NCBI GenBank assembly: GCA_040219255.1
Contig: JAVJSW010000077.1
Coordinates: 64,001 to 128,000 of the forward strand
From: Sumerlaeia bacterium
GTDB lineage: Bacteria; Sumerlaeota; Sumerlaeia; SLMS01; JAHLLQ01
Length of the DNA stretch: 64,000 bases
Direction: 5' to 3'
Shown here: positions 47,452 to 56,940 of the stretch, piece after piece
Layout of the letters: each line of letters opens with the position of its first letter
Numbering within the stretch: position 1 is the first letter of the stretch
Notes under the pieces: model-generated
The model's database searches: none
What the model was told of the DNA's origin: nothing
Seen by the model: the letters and a program-made list of their open reading frames with translations, nothing else
Made by a program: the position numbers and the translations under genes

Positions 47452-49356
47452 GTGAGCACCCTGTTCCTCAGCGTCGCCCACACTGCGCTGATCGCGCTGT
47501 TCTGCGTGGCACTGGCTTGTGCCGGGATGCTGGTCTGGGTGCCGGACCGGCGCTCGGACCTGCCGGGGCGGGTGCTTGGCGCGTTGATTTGCTTTGGGTT
47601 AGGCTGGGGGTTGGTGGCGTTTCTGGCGCCGCTGCTGGGGCTGGTCGGGCTTTTTCGGCCGTGGGCGCTCCTGTCGGTGCTTGCCGTTCTGGCGGCAGTT
47701 GGCGCCTGGCGGGCTAGGAATTGGGTTCGTCACCCTCTGGAGTGGAGGAGCAAATCTCGCACGCTTTGGTCCCGGCTCGAAGGCTTTCAGCGCCCCTGCG
47801 CCGTGGTCGTGCTGGCCGTGATGGGGCTCATCAGCCTCAACGTGTGGATCGGCGGTCTGGCGCCCGATGTGAGTTGGCAGGCCCTGCAAGCGGACCTTTC
47901 CCTGCCGGGCCAGTGGTTGCTCAGCGGCCACCTGACCGTTTTTCCCTACGTTCCGGAAAGCGCCTCGCTCGCAGCGGGGCAGGCCGTGATGGCGGCGGTG
48001 CTGCCGCTGGGGGGAGCCGTCGCGGGCCCGGCGCTTTGCTCGGCCGCGGCGCTGATGGCGCTGTGGGTTTTTCCTCTCGCGGCCTGGCGCACGGGCAGGG
48101 CGGCGGGGGCGATTTTGCTGGCGGCCATCGTGCCCGCGCTGTGGATGCTGTGGGGGGCCACCGCTCCCCTCGGCGTGACCTTCGAGCCACTGGCTTCCCT
48201 CCTGATGTTCCTGGGGTTATGGGTCTTGATCGAGCCGCTGCTGGCTCCGGGCCCGGGGGCCTCTCCCACAATCGGCCGAGGCATCGCGGCGGGCCTTCTC
48301 TGGGGCACGGCGGCGGCCACGGCGCCGGTGACGTTGCTGTTTTCCAGCGCGTTCCTGCTGGTCTTCGCGATTTGGGCGGCGACCGGCAAGCATGCGGGGC
48401 TGCTCAAGGTCCTCGCCGTGGCGACGGGGACGATGGCGCTGGCTATGGCGCCGTGGCTGCTGAGAGCCGGGTTGGCGACAGGCAATCCGGTGATCTTCGC
48501 GCTGCCGCAGGCCTTCCCCGTGCACGAAGAGTTCCTGCCGATGGCCAAGGCTCTGGCCTCGCGGCCGCCGCTGTTCGGGTTTTCGCTGGCGGCGACGCTG
48601 AGCCAAAAGCTGGAAGCTTCGATCCGCACCTTCGACGCCTTTTTGGTAATGATGCCGTTGGCGGCGTTGTTCGCGCTGGCGGAGAAGCGCCCGGCCTGGC
48701 GCGCCGTTGGGGCCGGGCTGATGCTTTGCGCCGTGCTGGCGATCCTGCTGGGCAAGGGCACCGGCGGCGAATTCCGCGCCCAGGGTCTCGCCTACCTGCT
48801 CGCCGCGCCCGCGCTGGGGATCATGTTTCTGCGGATCGCTGAAGTCTTGAGGGAGCAACTCTGGGCGCTGGCCTTCGCGGTGCTGATCGCCGGGGCGGCC
48901 ATGACGGCGGGCAAGCGCCAACTGGAACGCGCCGCCTATCCCGATGTTCAGTGGCCCTTCCATCCCATCGTGACGGAGTCCGCCATGGGCGAGTGGACGC
49001 GCCACCAACCTTTCGGTCAGCAGTTGACCCACGGGATCGCAGTGCAAGCCTGGATGCCGGCGGATGCGAGGCTCTTGCTGGTGGACGCTCCCGGGCCGTT
49101 TTATCTGGAGCGGCGAGCGGTGTGGACGAGCCGTGGGATGACGCTGGAGTTCGGCCGCGACTGGCCCGGCCAACCGGCCACCGCCGTCGCCGCGGACCTG
49201 CGCGCGCGTGGCATTAGCCACATTGTCGTGACGCAGCCGCAGGCGATGCCTGCGCGCGTGCTGGAGATGGAGCGGGCCGGTCTGCTGCGCCGCGCGACCG
49301 TCCCGGCGGAAGCCGCGCCCTGGGTACTCTGGGAACTGGAAGGATCCCGCCGATGA
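47452..49356 (+). CDS. Polytopic membrane protein, possibly GT-C/ArnT-like
   Basis: Many hydrophobic helices, PWLLRA..TGNP motif and a soluble C-terminal domain; co-transcribed with a GT2 gene. Confidence 0.6.
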   Translation: MSTLFLSVAHTALIALFCVALACAGMLVWVPDRRSDLPGRVLGALICFGLGWGLVAFLAPLLGLVGLFRPWALLSVLAVLAAVGAWRARNWVRHPLEWRSKSRTLWSRLEGFQRPCAVVVLAVMGLISLNVWIGGLAPDVSWQALQADLSLPGQWLLSGHLTVFPYVPESASLAAGQAVMAAVLPLGGAVAGPALCSAAALMALWVFPLAAWRTGRAAGAILLAAIVPALWMLWGATAPLGVTFEPLASLLMFLGLWVLIEPLLAPGPGASPTIGRGIAAGLLWGTAAATAPVTLLFSSAFLLVFAIWAATGKHAGLLKVLAVATGTMALAMAPWLLRAGLATGNPVIFALPQAFPVHEEFLPMAKALASRPPLFGFSLAATLSQKLEASIRTFDAFLVMMPLAALFALAEKRPAWRAVGAGLMLCAVLAILLGKGTGGEFRAQGLAYLLAAPALGIMFLRIAEVLREQLWALAFAVLIAGAAMTAGKRQLERAAYPDVQWPFHPIVTESAMGEWTRHQPFGQQLTHGIAVQAWMPADARLLLVDAPGPFYLERRAVWTSRGMTLEFGRDWPGQPATAVAADLRARGISHIVVTQPQAMPARVLEMERAGLLRRATVPAEAAPWVLWELEGSRR

Positions 49357-49625
49357 CGCAATTGTTCGAGATCGCGGTCGCCCTCTTCGAGATCGCGATG
49401 GCGTTTTCCTGGGGCTACATTCTGCTCGGCAGTTGGCCTGTTGGGCTGGCTTGCTGGCTGGCGACGGGCGGGCTGGCAGGCTATCTGGCCTGGCGAAAGA
49501 ACCGGGACTACTGGTTCTGGGGCGTGTTCGCGGGCTTTTTCTGGGGCCCCGGTTTTGTGGCCCTCGCATTCTTGAAGCCCCTCCCCCGCCCCGCCAAGAC
49601 CGACGAAGAAACCGAACCGACGTGA
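49353..49625 (+). CDS. Small membrane protein
   Basis: LA..KNR...FW...GFFWGP pattern; ATGA/GTGA overlaps with both neighbours. Confidence 0.7.
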   Translation: MTQLFEIAVALFEIAMAFSWGYILLGSWPVGLACWLATGGLAGYLAWRKNRDYWFWGVFAGFFWGPGFVALAFLKPLPRPAKTDEETEPT

Positions 49626-50530
49626 CCGCTCCGCCCCTCCGCATTTCCATTGTGATCGTCTGCCTGAACGGCGCGAAACGCCTCGCGTGGCCGCTGGAGA
49701 GCCTGCGCCGATGCGATCCCCCGCCCCACGAAATCATTGTCGCCGACAACGGTTCGACCGATGGCACCGCCAACTTCGTCCGCGAGAACTATCCCGAGGT
49801 CCAAGTCGTCCGCGCGGATCGCAATCTGGGCTTCGCCGGAGGCAACAACCTCGGCATTGAAGCCGCCACCGGCGACGTTATCCTGCTCTTGAACGACGAC
49901 ACGGAACCCGAGCCCGACTGGCTGGCGCCGCTGGCCGAGGCCTTCGACGCCCATCCGCGCCTTGGCATCGCAGGTTGCCGGTTGCTCTATCCAGACAGGA
50001 CGACGGTTCAGCACCTCGGGGGCGTGGTCCACGATAATGGGCTGACCGATCACGTGGCCTGGGGCGACGAAGCCCGCGCGCAGGAAGCTGGCGGCATCGT
50101 GCCGGTGCCCTACGCGACCGGGGCGGCGCTGGCGATCCGGCGCGCCGTGATCGAGGAGGTGGGGCTGCTTGATGCGGGATTCTGGCCGATTTACTTCGAG
50201 GAAATCGACTACTGCGATCGCGCCCGGCGCGCCGGATGGGAAATCGCTGTCGTGCCCCGGAGCACCGTGATTCATCACGAGAGCCAAAGTACCGGCCGCC
50301 TGTCGCCGGGGTTCCTGGCCAAGTACCATCGCAACCGGATGCGCTATTTGCTGAAGAACCGGGACCGGCGCGGGCTGCTGCGGGCGGCGCGGGGCGAGGC
50401 GCGGTGGTGGCTGAGGCATCGCCCCTGGGACAATCTGTGGCCGTGCCTGAAAGCCTACGGCTATACGGCGGTGCACTGTCCGGGGATTTGGCGCGACCGG
50501 CGCCGGGACTGGAGTGGCCAGAAGGGCTGA
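49622..50530 (+). CDS. GT2 family glycosyltransferase
   Basis: IVADNGSTD, NLGFAGGNN, LLNDD and YFEEIDYC. Confidence 0.92.
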   Translation: MTAPPLRISIVIVCLNGAKRLAWPLESLRRCDPPPHEIIVADNGSTDGTANFVRENYPEVQVVRADRNLGFAGGNNLGIEAATGDVILLLNDDTEPEPDWLAPLAEAFDAHPRLGIAGCRLLYPDRTTVQHLGGVVHDNGLTDHVAWGDEARAQEAGGIVPVPYATGAALAIRRAVIEEVGLLDAGFWPIYFEEIDYCDRARRAGWEIAVVPRSTVIHHESQSTGRLSPGFLAKYHRNRMRYLLKNRDRRGLLRAARGEARWWLRHRPWDNLWPCLKAYGYTAVHCPGIWRDRRRDWSGQKG

Positions 50531-50584
50531 AGGTTCGTTCGACAGTGTCGAACCGTCGAACCCACCGGGGCTTACCCATCCGAG

Positions 50585-52096
50585 TCACTCATTCTCCGCT
50601 TCGGCCCAATAGTATCCATCCTGCTTCATGACGTCCTGGGCGGTCAGTGGCGCGCTGCCCTTGAAGCGGTTGCCGTGCTCGTCTTCGCCGATGAAGTACA
50701 CGACAATTTCGTCGCGGATCAATTCCTCACCGGAGAGCCAGCAGTTGGGATCGGTGTAGGATTCGCCGGGAGCGACGCGGGCTTTGGGATTGCTGTAATC
50801 TTTGGCGAAATGCCAAGCCGTGCGCGGACGATCCGGGTAGAGGTGGCGCCACTCCCCAGCGACCCAGATAAAATATCCGAATTCCAGGATCCGCAACGCT
50901 CGGTCGCCACCCGTTACGGTGATTTCGTGGGGCCAGCGGTACAACTCGTCTTCGTAGTCGTACACCGCTTTGGGCTCCGGCGGGCTGACCGCGACGGCGA
51001 GGCCCTCGGGCAACCGGCCGAATTCCTCCGGCGCGATGACCTTCACGGGCAGTTGCGGCGTCAGGACGGGGGCTTCCACATGAACCCGCTCGCCGCCATC
51101 GGGCGGCGCGGCCCAGAAGTCCCACTTGGCATGGACCGGCTGGGGCGACATGGCGCCGTGCCAATTGGCCTCGCAAGTCACCGTGTCGCCCGGCAGCAGC
51201 ATCCCATCCGCCCAGCTAAACGGTCCGAAGCGCGCGGCGAACTCCGCCGGGCCCCACGTCTCCTCGCCCCTGGGCATTTCCACGACCCACTGATTGTCGC
51301 GCCAGACCGAGAGTTCGAATTTCTCGATCGCGAGCGGCGTTTCCGTCCTGTTCGTCACCTTGGTCGTGTAGCGCCATGTGTACGGATACTCACTCTCCGA
51401 TTCCAGGTCCAGCGTGCCGGAAGTCGACGCCAGGACGTGCTCGACGGCGAGCGGGCCTTCTTTGGCCGAGGCGATCTTGCTGTTCAATTCCGCCTGAAAA
51501 GCTTTCTCCCTGGCGGCCCGCGCGCCGTTGACTTTGTCCCAGAGAGAGCGCAGGAACACTTTGTCGCCGCCTTCCAGCGTGCTCAAATAGAAATGGTAGC
51601 AATCGGAGGTGCCGGGCAGTTCGACACAGACATCGGTCATGCTATGCCAGTCTTCGGCGTAGGGCGTCACGTCGTCGATATCCGCCAGGGCGAGACGGAT
51701 CTCCGCGTCGTCCGTCCACAACTCGGAGTAGATAACCAAGTCTTCGTCGGTAAAAAAGTAGACGCCGTCTTCGAGGCGGGGTTCATCCGCGGCAAGGTAG
51801 TGGATCGTCTCGCCGGGCCGGACCAGACCCAGGGAGACGAGCTTTTCGCGGTGGCGGGCGGAGAGTTCCTCACCGGAAACGACCTTGTCCGGCGGCGCCA
51901 TCTGGAAATAGAAGCCGAGCAGCACAACGGCCAGTACGCCCGCCCCCGCCATCGGCAAAACAACCGCCAGCGTCAGGATGGCGATGACCCATTTGGTCGA
52001 GTTGGCCATGCCCTTCTTGGGCGGCGGAGCGGGCGGCCGCAATTGGGTCGGGGCGGAGGGATAGGAAGGGGGCGGATAGGCGGGGTTCGGACTCAT
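50585..52096 (-). CDS. Membrane-anchored hypothetical protein (PH-like domain plus tandem beta domains)
   Basis: Pro-rich N-terminus, one TM, then acidic/aromatic domains with an internal duplication. Confidence 0.65.
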   Translation of the reverse strand: MSPNPAYPPPSYPSAPTQLRPPAPPPKKGMANSTKWVIAILTLAVVLPMAGAGVLAVVLLGFYFQMAPPDKVVSGEELSARHREKLVSLGLVRPGETIHYLAADEPRLEDGVYFFTDEDLVIYSELWTDDAEIRLALADIDDVTPYAEDWHSMTDVCVELPGTSDCYHFYLSTLEGGDKVFLRSLWDKVNGARAAREKAFQAELNSKIASAKEGPLAVEHVLASTSGTLDLESESEYPYTWRYTTKVTNRTETPLAIEKFELSVWRDNQWVVEMPRGEETWGPAEFAARFGPFSWADGMLLPGDTVTCEANWHGAMSPQPVHAKWDFWAAPPDGGERVHVEAPVLTPQLPVKVIAPEEFGRLPEGLAVAVSPPEPKAVYDYEDELYRWPHEITVTGGDRALRILEFGYFIWVAGEWRHLYPDRPRTAWHFAKDYSNPKARVAPGESYTDPNCWLSGEELIRDEIVVYFIGEDEHGNRFKGSAPLTAQDVMKQDGYYWAEAENE

Positions 52097-52144
52097 CTTG
52101 GGACCATGGGAACGGGCGGCGCCGCTCTCAGCAAGGGCAATTCT

Positions 52145-53002
52145 CTAGGATGTCTGAATGGCGGCGCGAAGCGCTGCGGCGGCGGACGGGTGAAGGCTCA
52201 AAGGTTGGCTGTTGCTTGGGATCAAGCCCTGGGAAATCAGCTCGCGGCGGAAGCGCTCGATGCCTTCGAGTTCCCGCTCGCCGAGGCGGAACCTGATCGC
52301 CTCCGTCAGGTATCGAGTCAGATCGGCGGCTCCGCGCGGGTGGAGATGGGCCTCGCGGGCAGCGATTTCGGAGGCGCTGGCTTCGCCGCGTTCGCGGGCG
52401 GCGGCGAAGGCTTGAGCGTCATCCGGCGTGATCGCTGCGCCTGGGCGGACGATCCAGGCGGCGAAGACAAACGGCAGGCCGGTCAGCTCCTTCCAGGCGG
52501 CGCCGAAATCCAGTTCGTACGGCATGGTGCCTTCCCGATCCAGCGCTGCGTCGCCAATGACCACCGCCGCGTCGCAGCCCGCCTCCGCCGGGTCGAAGTC
52601 TCGGCCAAGGGGCGTTTCGGACGTGATGTACTCGGGGGCGATCCGTAAATGTTGCGCGCAAAGAAGACGCGCCAGATGCACCGATGTCAGTGAGCTGCGA
52701 TCGAGCAGCAGACGCCGGATGTCCTGGAACGGGACGCGTGAGAAGAGGCGGACGCTGCGCACCGGGCCGTCGCAGGCGATGGCCGCGCCGGACAGGAGCA
52801 TGGGGCCGCCGCCATTGCGCAGCGCTTCAAAGACTGGCAACGTCGCCACGTCCACCTCGCCGTTCGCCAGCAGGCCGGCCAGCTCGCGCGGCGTCGCGCG
52901 GACCCAGTTATCCGCAGGGAACCGTTGCTCCAGACCCTCGATGAGAGGCAGCACATTGAGGTACGGGACGATACCCAATCGGAGCGGGCGAGTTTCCATC
53001 AT
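52145..53002 (-). CDS. mqnA: Chorismate dehydratase (futalosine menaquinone pathway)
   Basis: PYLNVLP, GPVRSV, SLTSV.L, IGDAAL and W...TGLPFVFAAW. Confidence 0.92.
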   Translation of the reverse strand: MMETRPLRLGIVPYLNVLPLIEGLEQRFPADNWVRATPRELAGLLANGEVDVATLPVFEALRNGGGPMLLSGAAIACDGPVRSVRLFSRVPFQDIRRLLLDRSSLTSVHLARLLCAQHLRIAPEYITSETPLGRDFDPAEAGCDAAVVIGDAALDREGTMPYELDFGAAWKELTGLPFVFAAWIVRPGAAITPDDAQAFAAARERGEASASEIAAREAHLHPRGAADLTRYLTEAIRFRLGERELEGIERFRRELISQGLIPSNSQPLSLHPSAAAALRAAIQTS

Positions 53003-53061
53003 GCGTCTTGCCGGGCCTCCAAAAACCCCACTGCTGACACCAAGGAGCCAATTCCGCGCCC

Positions 53062-53721
53062 ATGTCCGCCCTATGGCAAGCCTACTTGATCGGTTGGGGC
53101 GCCGCCGCGCCCATTGGCCCGGTCAATCTCGAGATCATCCGCCGCGCGCTTCGCCTTCGTCTGGCCGCCGGACTGGCCGTGGGCCTTGGCGCCACGATGG
53201 TCGATTTCGCCTATGTGATGCTGACGGGCTTTGGGCTGGCGGGGCTGTTGCAGAACCGCACAGTGATGCTGGGGGCCTACGTGTTCGGTGCCGCTTTTCT
53301 GGGTTGGCTGGCGTGGAGCGCGTTGCGGGAAGCAGCCCGCGAATGGCGCGGCGAGGTCCCCCAACCCTCCGCCCCACCGACGGGCGCCCCGGCGGCTTCC
53401 GCCCATCCGCTGTGGAAGTCCTGGCTCGTGGGTGTCGGCATGACCGCCGCCAACCCCTACACGATCGCATTCTGGGCCACCTTGCCGGCGCTCCTGTTTC
53501 CCAACGGTCATCCGGCGGCGTGGGAGATTTTGCGGGCGGGAGCCTGGGTTTGGCTGGGGACGATTTCCTGGGTTCTGCTCCTGATCGCGATGCTGGGCTT
53601 CGCGCGCAGGCTCGTGGGCCCGCGCCTGTTCGCCGCGGCGTCGGGCTTGGGAGGGGCGGTCATGCTGTACTTCGCCGCGCGCTTCGCCTGGCTGGCGGCG
53701 CGGATGATCGCCGGAGGTTAA
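53062..53721 (+). CDS. LysE family translocator
   Basis: AAPIGPVN..IIRR, GLGA..VD and NPYTIAFW. Confidence 0.9.
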   Translation: MSALWQAYLIGWGAAAPIGPVNLEIIRRALRLRLAAGLAVGLGATMVDFAYVMLTGFGLAGLLQNRTVMLGAYVFGAAFLGWLAWSALREAAREWRGEVPQPSAPPTGAPAASAHPLWKSWLVGVGMTAANPYTIAFWATLPALLFPNGHPAAWEILRAGAWVWLGTISWVLLLIAMLGFARRLVGPRLFAAASGLGGAVMLYFAARFAWLAARMIAGG

Positions 53722-53954
53722 TAGCGCGTTTCCCGTGGAACGGGTTTCGGCATCCGTGGCTGATAGGGAGTTTCCTCGCGCGGCGTCGGCATTGGCAAAG
53801 CCCCCGAGTCGTCGCCCGGCCACCTCGGCTGAACCTTGGGGCGCTCGGCGCGGTCGTCCGAATCGTCCGAGCCGGAAGAACCGGTCGTTTCGCAGGCGGC
53901 CAGCATCGCCACCGCCGCCGCCAAAGTGCCCATCATTACCCAACGTTTCATCAT
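53718..53954 (-). CDS. Small lipoprotein
   Basis: MKRW...AMLAAC lipobox; AAAGGGAAAG upstream. Confidence 0.65.
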   Translation of the reverse strand: MMKRWVMMGTLAAAVAMLAACETTGSSGSDDSDDRAERPKVQPRWPGDDSGALPMPTPREETPYQPRMPKPVPRETRY

Positions 53955-54097
53955 TGTCTTTCCCTTTCCAAGGAAGCGGGATGTTCGCGAGAACTCACTG
54001 GAACACTCGATGCGACACCCCCGCTTGTGTCGAGACCTTCTCTGTGCAAGGAAGGTTCCCGCCCCAGCGACTTTCCTTGAAAAAGGACCATGACCTC

Positions 54098-54406
54098 ATG
54101 AACCCCGCCCCCGTGGATGCCTGCGCGATCGAAGACTGCGCCTACAATCGAAGCAAGTCCTGCCACGCCGGCGCCATTACGATCGGGTCGGGCGACTCGC
54201 CGCCGTGCCTGACGAAGATGATTTCCCGCCGCGAAGGCGGCTTCCCACGGCACGAGGCCCGGGTCGGAGCCTGTCATCAGCTCCATTGCCGCCACAACAA
54301 AGGCCTCCAATGCCACGCCAATCACGTCATCGTTGGGCGTCACGACGGCTTCGACGCGTGCCTAACCCATACGCCTCACCGGCCACAGACGGCGGTGACA
54401 GAATAA
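54098..54406 (+). CDS. DUF1540-like Cys-rich small protein, copy 2
   Basis: CAIEDCAYNRSKSCHAGAITI...VGACHQLHCRHNKGLQC...C; aligns by eye with 26039-26338. Confidence 0.78.
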   Translation: MNPAPVDACAIEDCAYNRSKSCHAGAITIGSGDSPPCLTKMISRREGGFPRHEARVGACHQLHCRHNKGLQCHANHVIVGRHDGFDACLTHTPHRPQTAVTE

Positions 54407-54415
54407 AGGCCGCGG

Positions 54416-55906
54416 CTATTTAGGGCTGAAGTAAGATTCCGCCGCCTCGCAGATCGCGTGCAGGACCCAGGTGTGTATTTCCTGGATGCGTGCCGTGGAG
54501 CGATGCGGCACGACGATGGCGCAATCGGCCTGGAGCGCCGCCCGGCCGCCGCCCTTTCCGGTGACCACGATATTCGAGATGCCGCGCTCGCGCGCCCGAA
54601 GCATCGCGCGCAGCACGTTCTCCGACTCGCCCGACGTCGTGAAAGACACGAGCACATCCCCCGGCCGGCCGAGGCCCTCGACTTGGCGCGCGAAAATATC
54701 CATGAAACCGAAATCGTTGGCGATGCAGGTCAGCGCCGTGGCATCGGCATTGAGCGAGACTCCCGCGAGCGCCTGGCGGTCGCCCCGATAACGCCCGATC
54801 AGTTCCTCGGCCAGATGCAGCGCGTCCGCCGCCGATCCGCCGTTACCGCAGGTCATGACTTTGCCGCCGCGCGAGAGCGCTTCGACCACCAGGAGCGCCG
54901 CCCGGTCCACGCTCTCCATCAAGGTCCGGTCGCCACACATGCGCTCGGTCAGTTCGGAAAGTTCGACCGCCTGAGCCAAAGCGCTGGGCCCGAGGCTTGG
55001 GTCGCCGCCGCGGCCGGCGATCAGGGCCGCCGAAAGGGAGGCCACGTCGCCGAGCCGATCCTCGAGCGCCGACGACACGATGCGGCATTTGCGAGCGAGG
55101 TGCGGCAGGGCTTCCTCGCGAGCGGTGGCTTGAATCGTCTCCATCAGCAAGTCGCCCGCCTGCACCGCGATGGTGCCTAGAACGATCATGTCCGGTGCCA
55201 GGAAATCGATGAGCCGCGCGCATTGGCGGCCCACCTGGATGGCCGCGCGGTGCAGGATCGTCTTGGCCGTCTCGTTGCCCCGGCGGGCTTCGCGGGCCAA
55301 GAGCTTGACGTCCGGGTTGGGCCCGAAGGCGCCCGATTCGCGCGCCTGAAGCGCGATGCCCCCGCCGCTGGCGAGGCCCTCCAGCGAGCCCTTCTTGCCG
55401 AACATTTCCGGCCCGATCTCGGCCACCCGCCAATGCCCGACCTCGCCGGGAAAGGGCATCACCCGGCCGTCCATCACCACGCCACAGCCAAACCCCGTGG
55501 CGAACGTCAGGAACACAAGCCGCCGCGCGCCGTGCAGTGCCCCCGCGCCGTAAGAATACTCCGCGAAGGCCCCGGCCTGGGCGTCGTGCATCAAGTACAC
55601 GGGGAGCTTGGGAAAGGCCCCGACGAGGCGCTTGGCCAGATCGACCCGGCCCCAGGGGGCGAGGTGCGGCGGGTTGAGAAGGATTCCCATCTCGTCGTCG
55701 AGCGGCCCGCCGACGGCGACGCTGAGGGCCTGGGGCGCGCTTTCCAGGAGCGGCTGGGCGGTGGCCACCACTTCCGCGAGCCATTCGTCGAAGCCGCGCT
55801 CGGGCCGCGTGGCGAATTCACGCCGCGAATGCGTCGAGCCATCGCGTCCGTCGCCGAGTACGAGGGCGGTCTTAGTGCCGCCGATGTCGAGTCCGAGAAG
55901 TGCCAT
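54416..55906 (-). CDS. ROK-family sugar kinase fused to GmhA-type phosphoheptose isomerase (SIS)
   Basis: ROK: LGLDIGGTK, HDAQAGAFAE, GEVGH, SLEGLASG. GmhA: CGNGGSAADA.H, TCIANDFG, TTSGES.N, TARIQEIH. Confidence 0.85.
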   Translation of the reverse strand: MALLGLDIGGTKTALVLGDGRDGSTHSRREFATRPERGFDEWLAEVVATAQPLLESAPQALSVAVGGPLDDEMGILLNPPHLAPWGRVDLAKRLVGAFPKLPVYLMHDAQAGAFAEYSYGAGALHGARRLVFLTFATGFGCGVVMDGRVMPFPGEVGHWRVAEIGPEMFGKKGSLEGLASGGGIALQARESGAFGPNPDVKLLAREARRGNETAKTILHRAAIQVGRQCARLIDFLAPDMIVLGTIAVQAGDLLMETIQATAREEALPHLARKCRIVSSALEDRLGDVASLSAALIAGRGGDPSLGPSALAQAVELSELTERMCGDRTLMESVDRAALLVVEALSRGGKVMTCGNGGSAADALHLAEELIGRYRGDRQALAGVSLNADATALTCIANDFGFMDIFARQVEGLGRPGDVLVSFTTSGESENVLRAMLRARERGISNIVVTGKGGGRAALQADCAIVVPHRSTARIQEIHTWVLHAICEAAESYFSPK

Positions 55907-55937
55907 GGAGCCGTTTCGCGTGGGGAGGGATGGGCGA

Positions 55938-56816
55938 TCAGGAACCGGTGAGGTCCAAGCGCATGGAGAAATCCATGGCGCGGGCACTGTGTGTCAAGGC
56001 CCCGATGCTGACACGGTCCACGCCGAGCTGGGCCAGGCGAGGCATACGCTCCAAAGTCACCCCGCCGGTGACCTCGGTCTGGGCGCGGCCGGCGATCAGG
56101 GCAATGGCCTCGGCCATCGCGGCGTCGTCCATGTTGTCCAGCATGATCAGGTCGGCGCGGGCGTCGAGAGCTTCGCGGACCTCGGCGAGGTCGCGGGCTT
56201 CGGCGGCGATCTTGACGTCCGGGGCGGCCGACCGCACGCGCGCCACAGCCGCCGCGACCCCTCCCCCGCCGTCGGCGTGTGTGTCTTTCAGCATCGCCAT
56301 GTCGTAAAGCCCCAGCCGGTGGTTCGTGCCGCCGCCGGTGACGACGGCGTATTTCTCCACATCGCGCCAGAGCGGCGTCGTCTTGCGCGTATCGCAGACG
56401 GCCACGGCGCCGCCGCAGGCCTCGACATAGCGCGCCGTCAGCGAGGCGATGCCGCTCGCGCGCTGCAACAGATTCAGCGCCAGCCGCTCCGCCGACAGCA
56501 GCGACCGCGTCGGCCCCGCCAGCCGCGCGATCGGATCGCCAGGCGCGACCTGCGCACCGTCCGCAAGGAGCACCTCGACCTCGACCTCCGGGTCCCGGAC
56601 GGCGAAGACGCTGGCCACGATGGGCCCGCCACAGAGCACGCCCGCTTCCTTGGCCACGATGCGCGCCCGCGAACGATGCCCGGCTGGAAAGACACTGTCG
56701 CTGGTCACATCGCCCCGCTCGCCCAGGTCCTCGCGCAGCGCCATCTCCAGCCGCGGGCGCAGCTCTTCGGTCGTTGGGCAATGGGCGGGCGTCGTGGTAA
56801 AGCGGGAGGTCGTCAT
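55938..56816 (-). CDS. nadC: Quinolinate phosphoribosyltransferase
   Basis: EDL...GDVT, ERLALN, DTRKTTP, NHRLGL, IMLDN and SIGALTH. Confidence 0.95.
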   Translation of the reverse strand: MTTSRFTTTPAHCPTTEELRPRLEMALREDLGERGDVTSDSVFPAGHRSRARIVAKEAGVLCGGPIVASVFAVRDPEVEVEVLLADGAQVAPGDPIARLAGPTRSLLSAERLALNLLQRASGIASLTARYVEACGGAVAVCDTRKTTPLWRDVEKYAVVTGGGTNHRLGLYDMAMLKDTHADGGGGVAAAVARVRSAAPDVKIAAEARDLAEVREALDARADLIMLDNMDDAAMAEAIALIAGRAQTEVTGGVTLERMPRLAQLGVDRVSIGALTHSARAMDFSMRLDLTGS

Positions 56817-56940
56817 GACCCCGAAACCACCGCACGCCGCCGGGCCCGACGCCAAGGAGAAGATTCCCGGTTGTGGCTTTGGGCGGAGGGGGATATTTCC
56901 TGCGCCATTCAATCCCCAACGAAAGCACCGCCCGCCCGCC

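Noticed and set aside
50675-52648. 657-aa plus-strand ORF and similar long overlapping ORFs (17988-20084, 41534-43327, 22419-24146, 29188-30864)
   Set aside because: Alternative-frame or antisense shadows of well-supported genes, with Arg/Pro/Gly-rich or His/Val/Gln-rich non-protein-like composition.
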